A DNA stretch of 64,000 bases from a bacterium (GCA_027310625.1 DAIDAM010000003.1:67278-131277); one strand, 5' to 3'; counted from the first letter of the stretch, positions 1 to 10,489 are shown. Notes: generated from the letters alone by a model not told the origin. Numbers and translations: made by a program.

Positions 1-76
1 ACCAGTAGCTCACATTTTGCGCATCCATCGTTCTTCCTTCCTTTGTTAATTTGCATTCTTCGCCGCGGATGCGGCT

Positions 77-466
77 TCAGCCGGGGATTTGCCTCCGCCA
101 GAGGCCGAAGGCGTTCTCGGCGATTTCCTTGCCACAGATTTTCTCTACCTCGTTCCACACGAGGCAGTAGAAAACGAGCCCGAAGAAGAACATGACGACC
201 TGAAATGTCAACGCGTCGCCGAAGTTCGTTTCCTTCCAGCTGAAAATGAATGATACGCCTTCGGCAGCTGACCATAGGAAGAAAAGCTCGCCGGCAATCA
301 GGCGGACACACGGGAAGTTGCTCCAGCGCGGCTCACGCGACTCCTTGAGAACTGACCATGTCAGCGCCGTAGCGAGATTCCCGCCTGGATGAAAAAAGAA
401 CAGCCGGAAGGCGTAGACTAAAGCCAGTCCGACGAGCGCGGTCATGAGAAAAAAGTTGGCTATCAT
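77..466 (-). CDS. hypothetical membrane protein
   Basis: ATG at 466 (MIANFFLM...) within ORF 77..760; three hydrophobic segments. Confidence 0.5.
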   Translation of the reverse strand: MIANFFLMTALVGLALVYAFRLFFFHPGGNLATALTWSVLKESREPRWSNFPCVRLIAGELFFLWSAAEGVSFIFSWKETNFGDALTFQVVMFFFGLVFYCLVWNEVEKICGKEIAENAFGLWRRQIPG

Positions 467-561
467 TTTTCTTCCTTTCAATTTGCAGTTGTCTTCCGCC
501 GAATAGCGGAAGATACCATCTTGCGATAGTACTGAAAAGATAGCAGTACTTCTGCCGCAAA

Positions 562-1254
562 TCAAGGAGATTTTTTGAATGTGCCCGCGAAAATGCGGAC
601 GAGGAAAACGAAAATGATGAAAAGCGAAGCAATAAGCGAGATTGGAATTAAAAGGTACTTGTACGCCTCCGGGTCGGACCAGTCCTTGAAATCCATAACT
701 CCGACATGAAGCAGAACCAAAAAATAGGCGAGATAACCGAAGCGCTGAACCGATTTCCATCGTTCCATTCCCATCTTCTCTTCAATCGCGGGAATGGAGG
801 AGACCGCGACAATCAGAAAAATGGAGAAGGCAAGGATTCCGAAAAGCAGCGTTGTTTCCCCGATGAGATTTATTTTACCCGCGGCGTCGAAAAAATCGGG
901 ATAATACGCGGGTGAAATAATCGAAGAGGAAATAACCGCGTGCACCGCCGCCGTGCCGAATCCGAAAACTCCGAGCGATTTTCGGAGATACAATTTCGGA
1001 ACGAAGGTTTGCGGCCAAAATTTCGCAAGCGGACCGAGAACAAACGACAAACCGATGATGATTACGCTTGAGAGCGCGAAAACTTTGTTGGAAATGAAAA
1101 ACGGAATCTGGTCGTAAGGAACGTTCCGAACGATGTTGTAGCGGACGAAGGCGTAGACGAAAGACAAAATGAAAACGAAAAGGGAAATGTAAGCGCCTTT
1201 CTTCCAGACGCCCGCCTGCGCAGGCAAGCTTGGCTGATTCCGCGCCGTGTCCAT
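562..1254 (-). CDS. ferric reductase-like transmembrane protein (MsrQ/YedZ-like heme b subunit)
   Basis: Six TM helices; RKSLGVFGF..AAVH, W..VQRFGY...LVLLH pattern. Confidence 0.75.
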   Translation of the reverse strand: MDTARNQPSLPAQAGVWKKGAYISLFVFILSFVYAFVRYNIVRNVPYDQIPFFISNKVFALSSVIIIGLSFVLGPLAKFWPQTFVPKLYLRKSLGVFGFGTAAVHAVISSSIISPAYYPDFFDAAGKINLIGETTLLFGILAFSIFLIVAVSSIPAIEEKMGMERWKSVQRFGYLAYFLVLLHVGVMDFKDWSDPEAYKYLLIPISLIASLFIIFVFLVRIFAGTFKKSP

Positions 1255-1353
1255 AATTGAATGTATTTTATCATAATCAAAAAAAGAGCCCCGAGGGTGA
1301 TGCCCGCCGGGGTTGAGTTGGTCGCTCGCGTTCTTCGGTTGGTGGCGGCCGGT

Positions 1354-1869
1354 TTAGCTCGCCACGCGCTTGTAGACGAAGAACGGCATTAGTTGCACGA
1401 CGCGCTCGCGCTTGTTCCACGCCTTGGGGGTGCGCGTTCTCTCCTGCTCGGAATCCTTGCAGAACCAGGAGTCGTACAGATAGGGCTCGGGTTCGGGACA
1501 GACGAAAACATCAATCCAGTCGCTGCCGGGCCGCCATGCTTCAACAACCGCCCGCTTCACATCCCGCTCCACGCGCCAGAGATGCGGTCTCGCGGCTGCA
1601 ACCCAGAGCTCGTGGAAATCGTTCTTCTTCGCCCATTGGACTGCGCCGCGCGCGATGCGGAGGGTCGGCGGCGGCTTGCCTGCCTGCTCGCCGACGTACT
1701 CCACCTGAATGCCCGCTCCGATGGGAATAGGCACGTCAAGCTGGGTGTACACAGGTGCGCCGAGCTCCCATGCTTTCTTGGACGCGATTTCGGCAACCTG
1801 CTTGTTGGAACGCAGTGTCCTCGGCACGCCGAACGCAAATGCAACTACGCCCGCCTTATTAGTTTTCAA
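1354..1869 (-). CDS. hypothetical protein
   Basis: 171 aa ORF with plausible composition, flanked by terminator-like hairpins. Confidence 0.6.
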   Translation of the reverse strand: MKTNKAGVVAFAFGVPRTLRSNKQVAEIASKKAWELGAPVYTQLDVPIPIGAGIQVEYVGEQAGKPPPTLRIARGAVQWAKKNDFHELWVAAARPHLWRVERDVKRAVVEAWRPGSDWIDVFVCPEPEPYLYDSWFCKDSEQERTRTPKAWNKRERVVQLMPFFVYKRVAS

Positions 1870-2425
1870 GTGTCACCTCCTACAAAAGTTAAAGGTGATT
1901 GCTACAATTATTTCATATCACATTCAACCGATTTTGTAAACAAAATTACGAAAAAAAGACAGGCTCCGTCCGTGGAGCCCGTTTGTGGTTCGCGAAGCGC
2001 CGCCGGCGCTAATGCGCGAGCTAAAGTCCCATGACCACCGCCGAGTCCAGCTTGTCCCCGCCGCTCGGGTAGATTACGCCATAGCTGAAGGGCCCGATAT
2101 CAAACTGGACGCGCCCGCTGCCGATGTCGTTCGGCAAAAGGTCGGAGTTGATGGGGTAAGCGCACTTGTCGTATACTTCCCAAGACGATTTAGCCAAAAA
2201 GCGGATATTAATACAACCCCGCGCTTATGAAAGCAGAAGGCGGCACAGTCAATAAACCAAGTGTTCAAACAATGGTGGAAATCGTCAAAGCATTTAGCGT
2301 CTCAATTGAGGATTTGTTAAAATAAACATTAGGAGTTAAAATTAATTAAAAGTAGGAACATGGTCGAGTTTCTGCAACGCCTTCAATAGGTCCAATCCCA
2401 ACAGAATTAATATTTAATCAACCTT

Positions 2426-3520
2426 ATGAAAAAAACATTAATTGCGAAAACACTCGGACTATTAGTAAGTTTGTTTGTATTTGCCGGGGGCACGGTTTTT
2501 GCTCAACAAACAACACTTCCCCCAGCCGGCTTAACGCCCGAAAGCCCATTTTATTTTCTGGATAAGTTAGGCGAATCTCTACAGAGATTTTTCGCTTTCA
2601 ACCCAGAAGCAAGGGCCAGATTAGAGATAACTTTTGCCGCCGAGAGAATCGCCGAGATAAAAGTCGTTCTTCTTGATAAGGGTGTTCAGGCCAAGGGCCT
2701 CACTGTAGCGGAAGCGGGGCTGCAAGATAATCTTTCTCGGGCTGTAGAAATTGTTACGGCGGAAAAGACAAAAGGCAACAACGTAAGTCAGCTCGCCAGC
2801 GCCATTAGCGATGAAGTGAATCAAAATAAAACATTGCTAAAGGGGGCTTTCGGTGAACAAAAACAAACATTAGAATCCAAAGAAAATGAACTTAAAGCCG
2901 CTCTCCGTGAGGCGCGGCGAAGCGGAGACACCGCCAAAGCCGATGCGCTCGCTAAAGAGCTCCAAGACCTGAAGCTTCAAAAAGACGCGCTGGACAAAAA
3001 AGAAGGGGACGATGAAGATGCGATTGAAGCAGAAGATGAAAAATTGGGGGAGCAGATGGGGTTAAAAGATGAGGCGGCAAAGAAAATTAGAGAGGCAGAA
3101 CAAGAAAAAGCTGAAATTGTCAGCGAATTACAAAAAGATGGCGTTGATATTCCCGACGGAACTTTCAGCAAGTTTGACGGTCTTCTTGTTCAAGCCAAAA
3201 CCGCTTTTGATGCCGGCAATTACGCCGATGCCAAACAATTCGCCAAGCAAGCAGAAAAAAATCTTGAAGATGTCGATAAAACGCTTAACGAGTTGAAAGA
3301 TGCCAAAGAACAAGAACAAGAACTGAAAGAAGAAAGCGAGGATGTGCAGAAAGGAACAGAGGAAAAGTTAAAAGAAGCCGATAAAGAAAAAGCAGGGCAG
3401 ATTAAAGAAGAAGGTAAGCGAGAAGAAGAAAGAATTAAAGGGGAACAAAAGCAAAACGAAGAAAGTCAAAAAGGTATTGAAGAAAAGTTGCAGGAGAACA
3501 ATCAAGAGGGAGAACGATAG
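2426..3520 (+). CDS. secreted DUF5667-like protein with long acidic coiled coil
   Basis: Signal peptide; GLTPESPFYFLDKLGE...AAERIAE motif; E/K-rich tail. Confidence 0.75.
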   Translation: MKKTLIAKTLGLLVSLFVFAGGTVFAQQTTLPPAGLTPESPFYFLDKLGESLQRFFAFNPEARARLEITFAAERIAEIKVVLLDKGVQAKGLTVAEAGLQDNLSRAVEIVTAEKTKGNNVSQLASAISDEVNQNKTLLKGAFGEQKQTLESKENELKAALREARRSGDTAKADALAKELQDLKLQKDALDKKEGDDEDAIEAEDEKLGEQMGLKDEAAKKIREAEQEKAEIVSELQKDGVDIPDGTFSKFDGLLVQAKTAFDAGNYADAKQFAKQAEKNLEDVDKTLNELKDAKEQEQELKEESEDVQKGTEEKLKEADKEKAGQIKEEGKREEERIKGEQKQNEESQKGIEEKLQENNQEGER

Positions 3521-3700
3521 TATAGGAAAAAGTTTCCAAGAAATTGGAGCAGGGAGAGATTAAAATTTTTGCAGCGCGCCACTGATTTTTTCTTCTAAAA
3601 GGAAAAGAGAATTTTGCTTGGCGGCGAGCGTCAGCGAGCGGCGGCGGGGCGGATTAGTTCCGCTCAAAATAGGTTCGGATTTGGTCATATAATTGACCAC

Positions 3701-3756
3701 GAAAACAAAAACTCTCAACAAGAGCATTTTGTTTTCGTGTGCGTCGGGTAGGAATC
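3701..3756 (-). repeat. duplicate of tRNA-Tyr 3' end plus downstream hairpin (att-like)
   Basis: gagcattttgttttcgtgtgcgtcgggtagga occurs at ~3722 and ~3900. Confidence 0.8.
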
Positions 3757-3917
3757 TCACTATTTTGAAACCAGGCGGTTTCAACGCTTCGCCGAGTAAG
3801 ACTCGGCTTCGCTGCTTCCGCATCAGGAAAACTTCCGTTTTCCCGACCCCTTTCACGTTCGAATCCTATTTGTATGAAAAACAAAATGCTCTCAATTGAG
3901 AGCATTTTGTTTTCGTG

Positions 3918-4001
3918 TGCGTCGGGTAGGATTCGAACCTACGTAGGCCATAGGCCGCTTGATTTACAGTCAAGTGCGATTGACCACTCCGCCACCGACG
4001 C
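3918..4001 (-). tRNA. tRNA-Tyr(GTA)
   Basis: Cloverleaf GCGTCGG/CCGACGC-A; anticodon arm CTTGA-CT-GTA-AA-TCAAG; long variable arm; GTTCGAATC. Confidence 0.95.
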
Positions 4002-4015
4002 ATTCATTTACGAAG

Positions 4016-4375
4016 TTAATTATTATCCGTGCCGGCGGTTTTTTCAACTTTTTCGGAATCCGAGGAGGTTGCGCCGTTCAAATCCTTGAAGTCGATTTTC
4101 GGCTTGCCGTTGCCGTTCGCGGAAACTTTTTTCAATTTTTCGTTGATGAAATTGTCAAATTTCATCAAAACCACTTTCGTTTTTCTCAAAAATTTCGCGA
4201 GAAAGCCGTTGAAAATGGTGTCTATTTTTTCGGGAATTTCCGAAGACGAAAGGCGCTCCAGAAAACCCGGCTTGTCGGAAAGCTTTTCATCAAGGCGCGG
4301 AAGCGAGCGCGCAATCAAATAAAGCATCGTCCCGAGCGACGCCATAAGAATTGTCGTGAGGATGAATTGGAACAT
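4016..4375 (-). CDS. hypothetical membrane-anchored protein
   Basis: N-terminal TM helix, 119 aa. Confidence 0.7.
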   Translation of the reverse strand: MFQFILTTILMASLGTMLYLIARSLPRLDEKLSDKPGFLERLSSSEIPEKIDTIFNGFLAKFLRKTKVVLMKFDNFINEKLKKVSANGNGKPKIDFKDLNGATSSDSEKVEKTAGTDNN

Positions 4376-4434
4376 GCCAATGTTGTTAAAATTTATGAGC
4401 CCAATGCGAAGTAAATTTTACCACAACATTGAGC

Positions 4435-4494
4435 ACCGAGCACATAAATTAATCATGAATATTCATAGACAGAAGGTTAATTTATGTGCTCGGT
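4435..4494. repeat. hairpin element, ACCGAGCACATAAA family
   Basis: 18-bp perfect inverted repeat; other copies at 16280, 20008, ~22012. Confidence 0.85.
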
Positions 4495-4552
4495 ATAATA
4501 AGATTTGCTAATAAAAATACTGCGCTTTCAGCTTGAATTTTTAAATCAAATC

Positions 4553-4999
4553 TTACAACTCCAACCTTGAAAACGCTTTTACTTTTATCACTTCTCCGAC
4601 TTTTGCGCCGGTAAGTTTTATTATTTCGTCGACGGTTTTCGACTCGTCTTTAATATACGGCTGTTTCAGAAGTTCTTCAACATCGGACGGAGCGGCTGCG
4701 GCTATTTGCATGGCAAGTTCGTGCGCGAGTTTCCTGAACGGTTCGGAACGGACAACGAAATCGGTTTCCGCGCGGATATCCAAAATCACGCCTATTCTTT
4801 CGTTATGAACGTATGACTCTATGAGTCCCGCGGCGGTTTCCCTCCCCGCTCTTTTTTCCATTTTTGCAAGGCCGCGCTCGTGAATTATTTTCACGGCCAA
4901 ATCGAAATCGCCTTTGCTTTCGGCGAGCGCCTGCTTGCATTCCATCACGCCCGCGCCGGTGGCGTCGCGGAGTTTTTTAATGCTATCGGTTTGTTTCAT
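4553..4999 (-). CDS. tsf: elongation factor Ts (short form)
   Basis: IKKLRDATGAGVMECKQAL, ETDFV motifs. Confidence 0.97.
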   Translation of the reverse strand: MKQTDSIKKLRDATGAGVMECKQALAESKGDFDLAVKIIHERGLAKMEKRAGRETAAGLIESYVHNERIGVILDIRAETDFVVRSEPFRKLAHELAMQIAAAAPSDVEELLKQPYIKDESKTVDEIIKLTGAKVGEVIKVKAFSRLEL

Positions 5000-5018
5000 G
5001 CTGGTTTCTAATCTCTGG

Positions 5019-5849
5019 TCACTTGTCGCTTGTCGCTTGTCGCTGGTCGCTGGTCGCTAATTTTTCTACATTCGTTGCTTCATTTGGGGCAGAAACTATA
5101 ATCTTTCCCTCTTTTATGGCTTCACCGAGCTTTCCCAAAAACCAGGAAACGCTCGCTCTTGCTTTCGTATTCCCGACAACCGGATATTCAACCACCTCCG
5201 GATCGCAGTCCGTGTTCACATAGGCGACAATGGGAATCCCCGCGCGTTTCGCCTCGCGGATTGCAGCCGCATGCTGGCTCGGGTCTATGACGATAAGAAG
5301 TCCGGGCAACTCCGAATAATTTTCCAATCCGCCGAAAAGTTCGTCCAGCCGCTTCAGTTCCTTTTCAAATCCGAGCTGCTCTTTCTTTGTGTACTTCTGC
5401 ATCGCGCCGCTTTTGAATTCGGATTTAAGCTTTTTGTAATAATCTATTCTTTTCGATATCACTTTGAAATTGGTTATAAGCCCGCCGAGCCAGCGAACGT
5501 TGACGTACGGAATGCCGAATTCTTTTGCGAATCCCGCGACAGCTTCGGCGGCGTGCGGCTGCGTTCCAACAATCATGAATTTCCCGCCGCCTGCCTGCCC
5601 GCCTGCGCGGTCAGGCGCAGGCAAGCTTCTCGTTTTTTCTTTCACGAAACCGAGGGCGTTATTTAACCCATCCATCGTTTTCTGGAGATTTATTATCTCA
5701 ACCTCGTTCCTTGTCGCAAGAATATAAGGCCTCATGCGCGGATGGGTCTTTGACTTTTTCCTGCCGATGAAAACGCCAATGTCCGCAAGCTCCTTAAGCG
5801 CCCCCTCGGGATAAACGTCCGTTAAGTTGTCCTGTTTTACCTCGTTCAT
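5019..5849 (-). CDS. rpsB: 30S ribosomal protein S2 (with repeat-derived inserts)
   Basis: HPRMRPYI, RWLGGLITNF; upstream of tsf. Confidence 0.97.
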   Translation of the reverse strand: MNEVKQDNLTDVYPEGALKELADIGVFIGRKKSKTHPRMRPYILATRNEVEIINLQKTMDGLNNALGFVKEKTRSLPAPDRAGGQAGGGKFMIVGTQPHAAEAVAGFAKEFGIPYVNVRWLGGLITNFKVISKRIDYYKKLKSEFKSGAMQKYTKKEQLGFEKELKRLDELFGGLENYSELPGLLIVIDPSQHAAAIREAKRAGIPIVAYVNTDCDPEVVEYPVVGNTKARASVSWFLGKLGEAIKEGKIIVSAPNEATNVEKLATSDQRQATSDK

Positions 5850-5865
5850 AATACATAAATACAAA

Positions 5866-5965
5866 CATCAGCAATAATCAGCTCCTATCAGCATTTATCA
5901 GCGTTCGTGTCATGAATGAACTTTTTGCGCTGATTTATGCCGATTTTTGCCGATTTATGCTGATG
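5866..5965. repeat. hairpin element, ATCAGC/GCTGAT family
   Basis: Tandem atcagc units inverted to gc(c/t)gat units; copies at ~14652, 18677, 21053, 60343, 62503. Confidence 0.8.
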
Positions 5966-6077
5966 CGGCCGAATAACATTAAAGATTGTAAGCGATGGCG
6001 GTTTTTTTGGCAAATTTAGCATGTTCAAAACTTCACCACTTCACCACCAATTTCCTAAGCCTACCATCGCCACATAA

Positions 6078-6119
6078 AAAATCTATTCCAATATTCTTAA
6101 GAATACTAGAATAGATTTT
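6078..6119. repeat. near-perfect palindrome
   Basis: aaaatctattccaatattcttaagaatactagaatagatttt. Confidence 0.7.
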
Positions 6120-6187
6120 CGCAACTGCTTTCCGAAAAATTGCCCGTCAGTAGATTTCTGTATCACCATAGGGTAAACTTAACCACA

Positions 6188-7048
6188 ATGAAAGAAACAG
6201 AAAAAATTACTCCTGCTGAACAAGGTGGTGATGTTTCGGATGTTGATAAAATCGAGCGTTTTATTGAGCAAATCGCATCCGAATATCGCGCGGCGGGCAT
6301 ACCAATTAACAACGATGGACGGTTAGATATGCAAGCATATTCCAAACTTTACCTCGATGTTGAAAAAGACACAGCGCGCACGCGCGAATGGGAAAAAGAA
6401 TGGTTTGGCGACGTCCCTGAAAAAGACATTGGAGAAAAAAGGCGGATGATGGAAGGTGAACAGCTCGAAATGCTGACCTATGCGATTTTCACCAAATACC
6501 TGGGGGAGGATTTCGTTGTGGCTCGCACTTCTCCGCATGACGATAGGGTAAACAAGGTAGACACAATAATTCTCGACAGAAAAACCGGAGCGCTCGTTTG
6601 CGCTTTTGATGAGGTCGGTGACACAACGGGGGTAAATTACGAAAAGAAAATTGCGCTCGTCCGCGAAAACAACCTTAGGGGCGGAGCTTCCCTAAAATAC
6701 GGCTTGGGAGTAAAAGTTGAAGGCGATAAACGAGTTCTCTTGCTCACATCGGGAAGCAACATTCCTGTTTTTTACATTGCTCTCCCTCCTGACCGCATTA
6801 AAAAAGGTGTTAAAGAATTCCTGCCCAACAAAAACATCAAGTCCGAATTTGAAAAAAAGTTGTTTTCTTATTTTGTGGCAACAATCACTGCTCAAATTAA
6901 CGGCTTGGAGCTTTATGAAAAGCGATTAAATCCACAATTAAAAGACAAACTTGCGACATTCAAAAAAATAATGAGGCAACTTAAAGAAATTCAGGAAAAG
7001 AAAGATTCCTCCGCAGAACAACCGCAAAGAATAAAATTGGGCGGCTAG
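6188..7048 (+). CDS. hypothetical protein (possible PD-(D/E)XK-like fold)
   Basis: Long ORF; DD...VD...AFDEV acidic pattern; fold is inference only. Confidence 0.6.
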   Translation: MKETEKITPAEQGGDVSDVDKIERFIEQIASEYRAAGIPINNDGRLDMQAYSKLYLDVEKDTARTREWEKEWFGDVPEKDIGEKRRMMEGEQLEMLTYAIFTKYLGEDFVVARTSPHDDRVNKVDTIILDRKTGALVCAFDEVGDTTGVNYEKKIALVRENNLRGGASLKYGLGVKVEGDKRVLLLTSGSNIPVFYIALPPDRIKKGVKEFLPNKNIKSEFEKKLFSYFVATITAQINGLELYEKRLNPQLKDKLATFKKIMRQLKEIQEKKDSSAEQPQRIKLGG

Positions 7049-7060
7049 CTAAGAGATTTT

Positions 7061-7459
7061 CTAATCAGAAAACAAAAGCTTTTTTATCTCTATTGCAAGC
7101 TCATCATAATTTTTCTTCACCTCAAGGAACTTTCTAAGTTTATCCTCATTTCCTGATAATCTTTCTCTTACTTTTTCTAACATGTTTTTAGTCAGTTCGT
7201 TATACTCTGTTGAATTTTTCCACCTCCAAAATTCTCTAGGCGTATAAGGTGCACTCGGCATGCCACGAGCGTCATCAATGCTTAGTATATATAGTAAGTC
7301 TCTAATTCTTCCTTCATTTATTGCCGCTTGTTCTTTATAATCTTCTTCATCGTCAGAGCCTCTATCTCTAGCTAAGTCAGCATCAATTATCTGGTCAAGT
7401 TCATCAAGAGAAATTTCTCCGCTTTTAATTTCTTGCTTAGCAAACTTTTCAGATTTCAT
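7061..7459 (-). CDS. hypothetical protein
   Basis: ATG at 7459 (MKSEKF...), AT-rich charged ORF. Confidence 0.55.
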   Translation of the reverse strand: MKSEKFAKQEIKSGEISLDELDQIIDADLARDRGSDDEEDYKEQAAINEGRIRDLLYILSIDDARGMPSAPYTPREFWRWKNSTEYNELTKNMLEKVRERLSGNEDKLRKFLEVKKNYDELAIEIKKLLFSD

Positions 7460-7662
7460 AGTTTTTATAGTAATCCCCTTTATATATTGTGTCAAGTGTA
7501 CATGTATCAAGTGCTCATTTGCAGTATAAAAATGCCCTCGTGGCGTTGCACCACGAGGGACTTGTTGGTGAGCCGAGTCCGCAGAACTCGGCCTTTGTCC
7601 GCCGTAGCTTTTAGCATAGGCGGACGATTGAGTTGGTTTAACGCGCTGCAGCACGTTTAGAA

Positions 7663-8508
7663 CTAGCCGAGGAGCCGGGCGGCGACCTCGGCGAGCGTCC
7701 GCGGGTTCACCTTGGACAGGTTCTCGGCCGGGGCCTTGCGCGACCCGCGGCAGAAGAGGAACCCGGCCGGGTGAGCGAACCAATCACTCACTTCGCCCGC
7801 GGCCTCGACGACCGCGCGGAGCTCAGTGTGGTCCATCCGGAGTTTCTCTTCCCCGTGCCGGATAATGCCAAGGTTACAGCCGTCCACGTAAACAATCACG
7901 CGGATGTCGCGCTCGTCGAAGAGGACACCATTCGTTCCGAACTCGCGAGAATTCGTTACGATGGCGACCTTGCCGCCGTCGAGCACATCGGCCTTGTCGG
8001 CCTCGGCCGCAGCCCGCTGGCGAGCACGTCCCGCCTGGAGCATGCCTGAGAGAATCTCCGACATCCGCTCACAGACGATGGCGTCGTTGCGCGGGTGCGT
8101 CGCCTGAAGCGCGCGCAGAACGGCGTTGAGGCCGGTCATGGCGAGCGTCTCCTGCGCCTCGCGGTTCACCCCGGGAACGAGGAACTTCACGGTGGAGCCG
8201 TGCGCGTCCTGCGCGTCCACGAAACGGACGATGCTGGCGAGGGCCGACTGGTCGCTCGGCGAGGCGTACTGCGCGACGATCGAAGCGATGCAGGAGTGAA
8301 CGATGCCATTCTCTCCCTTCTCGCCCTTCATGCCGCGGCCGCCGGCCGGGATGTCCACGGCGAGGTCGCCCTCCGCCATGTCGTTGCCGTCCCAGTTGGC
8401 GGGGCGGAACTCGGCGGCGGCGTCCTTCGCGCCGGGGATGAACTGCTTGGCCGCCCAAATTGAACAGGCGGCATCCAAATCCACCACTGTATGCGTGAAG
8501 ATTTTCAC
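7663..8508 (-). CDS. DHH/MYG1-like phosphoesterase-type protein, GC-rich
   Basis: N-terminal TH...DLDA motif; C-terminal FAHPAGF resembles MYG1. Confidence 0.55.
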   Translation of the reverse strand: MKIFTHTVVDLDAACSIWAAKQFIPGAKDAAAEFRPANWDGNDMAEGDLAVDIPAGGRGMKGEKGENGIVHSCIASIVAQYASPSDQSALASIVRFVDAQDAHGSTVKFLVPGVNREAQETLAMTGLNAVLRALQATHPRNDAIVCERMSEILSGMLQAGRARQRAAAEADKADVLDGGKVAIVTNSREFGTNGVLFDERDIRVIVYVDGCNLGIIRHGEEKLRMDHTELRAVVEAAGEVSDWFAHPAGFLFCRGSRKAPAENLSKVNPRTLAEVAARLLG

Positions 8509-8635
8509 AATCTTCTCCTTATTCGCTTCTCAATCTGTTTCGGCCTTTTAGGCCATCATCAGGGTAAGTACCATACTTACCGACAGAGAGGGCTTTTGTT
8601 ATTTTTATCCAGTGCCCTCGAACTGGAATTTACTG

Positions 8636-9550
8636 TTACTGCTTCACGCCCACCCGCTTCCATAGGTCGGGGTGGTCGTATTTCTCTGCAAGGTGCAGGA
8701 TTTCCTCTTGCGAGAACTTCCCAGAGTCGAGAACACGGCTCCAGTGCCCACAAGTCCTCCCGATGGCCTCCAGTTGCTCCCTGGTCGCCGCCGCCATGTC
8801 CAAAACATCGAAGATGGCTTGAACGAATGGTGCGTTCCAGCGCGGGTTTTGCCTGATGCCTTCGAGGAAAACTTCTATCCGCTCTTTTTCTTCCAACTTG
8901 CGGAACTCACGGCGCACCTTGTCGCCGTAGAATTTGTAGTCCTCGAAGTCGTGGAAGCCCCCGCTGAAGTTCTGGATCTGAGCGAGCTCCCCAATGGTCA
9001 GGTCAGCACAATGAAGCACCGTCGACCAGGAGATTTTCTTCTCCATTGCCAACCGCCACATCCGTGCTTTCGAGACGTGCCCGATCTCACACAGTGCAGT
9101 CAGCGCAATGCCGTGGTCGCGCTTGAACTGGTCGAGTTCGTTCTCCTTCAAGTTGTATGCTCTGATGAGCGACTTCCAGAAGTGCGTCCAGAGCCAACCG
9201 GTGTGAGCGATTTTGATCGCCTTTGCCCGCGACACACCTTGCCATGTGATTTTTGACCACAGGCGGTACTGCATCGAGCTGTCTTTCACGCGGAGCGCAA
9301 GTCCCAACAGTTCCTCCTGTGTCGGCTCGCAGTGATCAAGCACCGCATGCGCGACAAAGTGCGTATGCTTATGCGCCTTTTCGAGATCGTCGAGAATCCG
9401 CGGCAGATCGGCAAAGCCAATCGTCCGTTGCTTCACCAACTCTTCCCATGCCGTGGAAGAGTTGAGTTCGAGCGCCAGCGCGCACGCCCTCTTGCTTTCA
9501 CCATTTGCAACCGCGAGGCGCAACTGCGCCTCTTTTTTTGCCGTATCCAT
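8636..9550 (-). CDS. hypothetical helical protein
   Basis: ORF with AAGGAG RBS before ATG at 9550. Confidence 0.6.
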   Translation of the reverse strand: MDTAKKEAQLRLAVANGESKRACALALELNSSTAWEELVKQRTIGFADLPRILDDLEKAHKHTHFVAHAVLDHCEPTQEELLGLALRVKDSSMQYRLWSKITWQGVSRAKAIKIAHTGWLWTHFWKSLIRAYNLKENELDQFKRDHGIALTALCEIGHVSKARMWRLAMEKKISWSTVLHCADLTIGELAQIQNFSGGFHDFEDYKFYGDKVRREFRKLEEKERIEVFLEGIRQNPRWNAPFVQAIFDVLDMAAATREQLEAIGRTCGHWSRVLDSGKFSQEEILHLAEKYDHPDLWKRVGVKQ

Positions 9551-9792
9551 GATTTCTCCTTTTGGAGAACATCGATGTATCACCCGCCCATGAAAACAGG
9601 TGCGATGGGCCGCGAGGCCAAGGATGATATGCGCACAGTTTACGCTGCCAAGATCGTGATACATACACGACGCGCGGTTTTAAAATTACTCGATAATGCT
9701 ATACTATTTTGCTAATTCTGTCAAGCCCAATTTGGCCTCATTTTTCAATATAAAATTCGCATGGGCGTGTTCGTAGCGCGCTATTCGCATGC

Positions 9793-10335
9793 TCAAAATT
9801 CTATCCCCAATTTTGCGAGTTCGCCGTCGTTGAATGGGTGCTTAATTTCCTTCATTTCCGTAACGAGATTGGCCAATTCGATAAATTCTTTGGGCGCGTT
9901 CCGGCCGCTCAAAATCAAAAGTTTATCTTTGGGATAATCTTTCACGACCTCAACCACCTGCTCGGGTTTCAAAAGCTTAAGCGAAACGGCGACATTGATT
10001 TCGTCGAGAACGATCAACTGCCATTTGCCGGAAGCGGCTTCTTTTTTGAAAAGCTCCAGCGCCTTTTCGGCCGCTTTCTCGTGTTCCTCGCGCGGCAGTT
10101 TGTCGCCCAAAATTCCGACGAACCCCAAACCCATTTTTACAATTTTGAATTGGGGCTGTTCAATGTCCGAGGTTCGATGTTCGAAGTTTTTAACGAATTC
10201 GTCTTCTCCGGAACGCCACGGACCCTTGATAAACTGAATCATCAAAGCGTTCTTGCCGCGCCCGAGAACGCGCATCATTTGCCCAAGCGACGCCGTGGTT
10301 TTGCCTTTACCATTACCAGTGAAAACAATAATCAT
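9793..10335 (-). CDS. cobO: cob(I)alamin adenosyltransferase CobA/CobO/BtuR
   Basis: TGNGKGKTTAS P-loop, QFIKG, LDEI, LSGR, KHPF. Confidence 0.92.
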   Translation of the reverse strand: MIIVFTGNGKGKTTASLGQMMRVLGRGKNALMIQFIKGPWRSGEDEFVKNFEHRTSDIEQPQFKIVKMGLGFVGILGDKLPREEHEKAAEKALELFKKEAASGKWQLIVLDEINVAVSLKLLKPEQVVEVVKDYPKDKLLILSGRNAPKEFIELANLVTEMKEIKHPFNDGELAKLGIEF

Positions 10336-10456
10336 ATCAGGCAATTATATCAGGTAATACCTGCTTGCCGCAGGCAGGGAAATTCGACTTGTTTGGTAAT
10401 TAAACTATTTTGCCGCAACGATTATGCTATTTGGCGGGAATAATAATTCTTTTAAG

Positions 10457-10478
10457 CCACTATGCTATAGCATAGTGG
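10457..10478. repeat. 22-bp perfect palindrome, TGCTATAGCA family
   Basis: ccactatgctatagcatagtgg; same core around 30182-30957 and degenerate at 35164. Confidence 0.8.
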
Positions 10479-10489
10479 TCAAATTTTCA

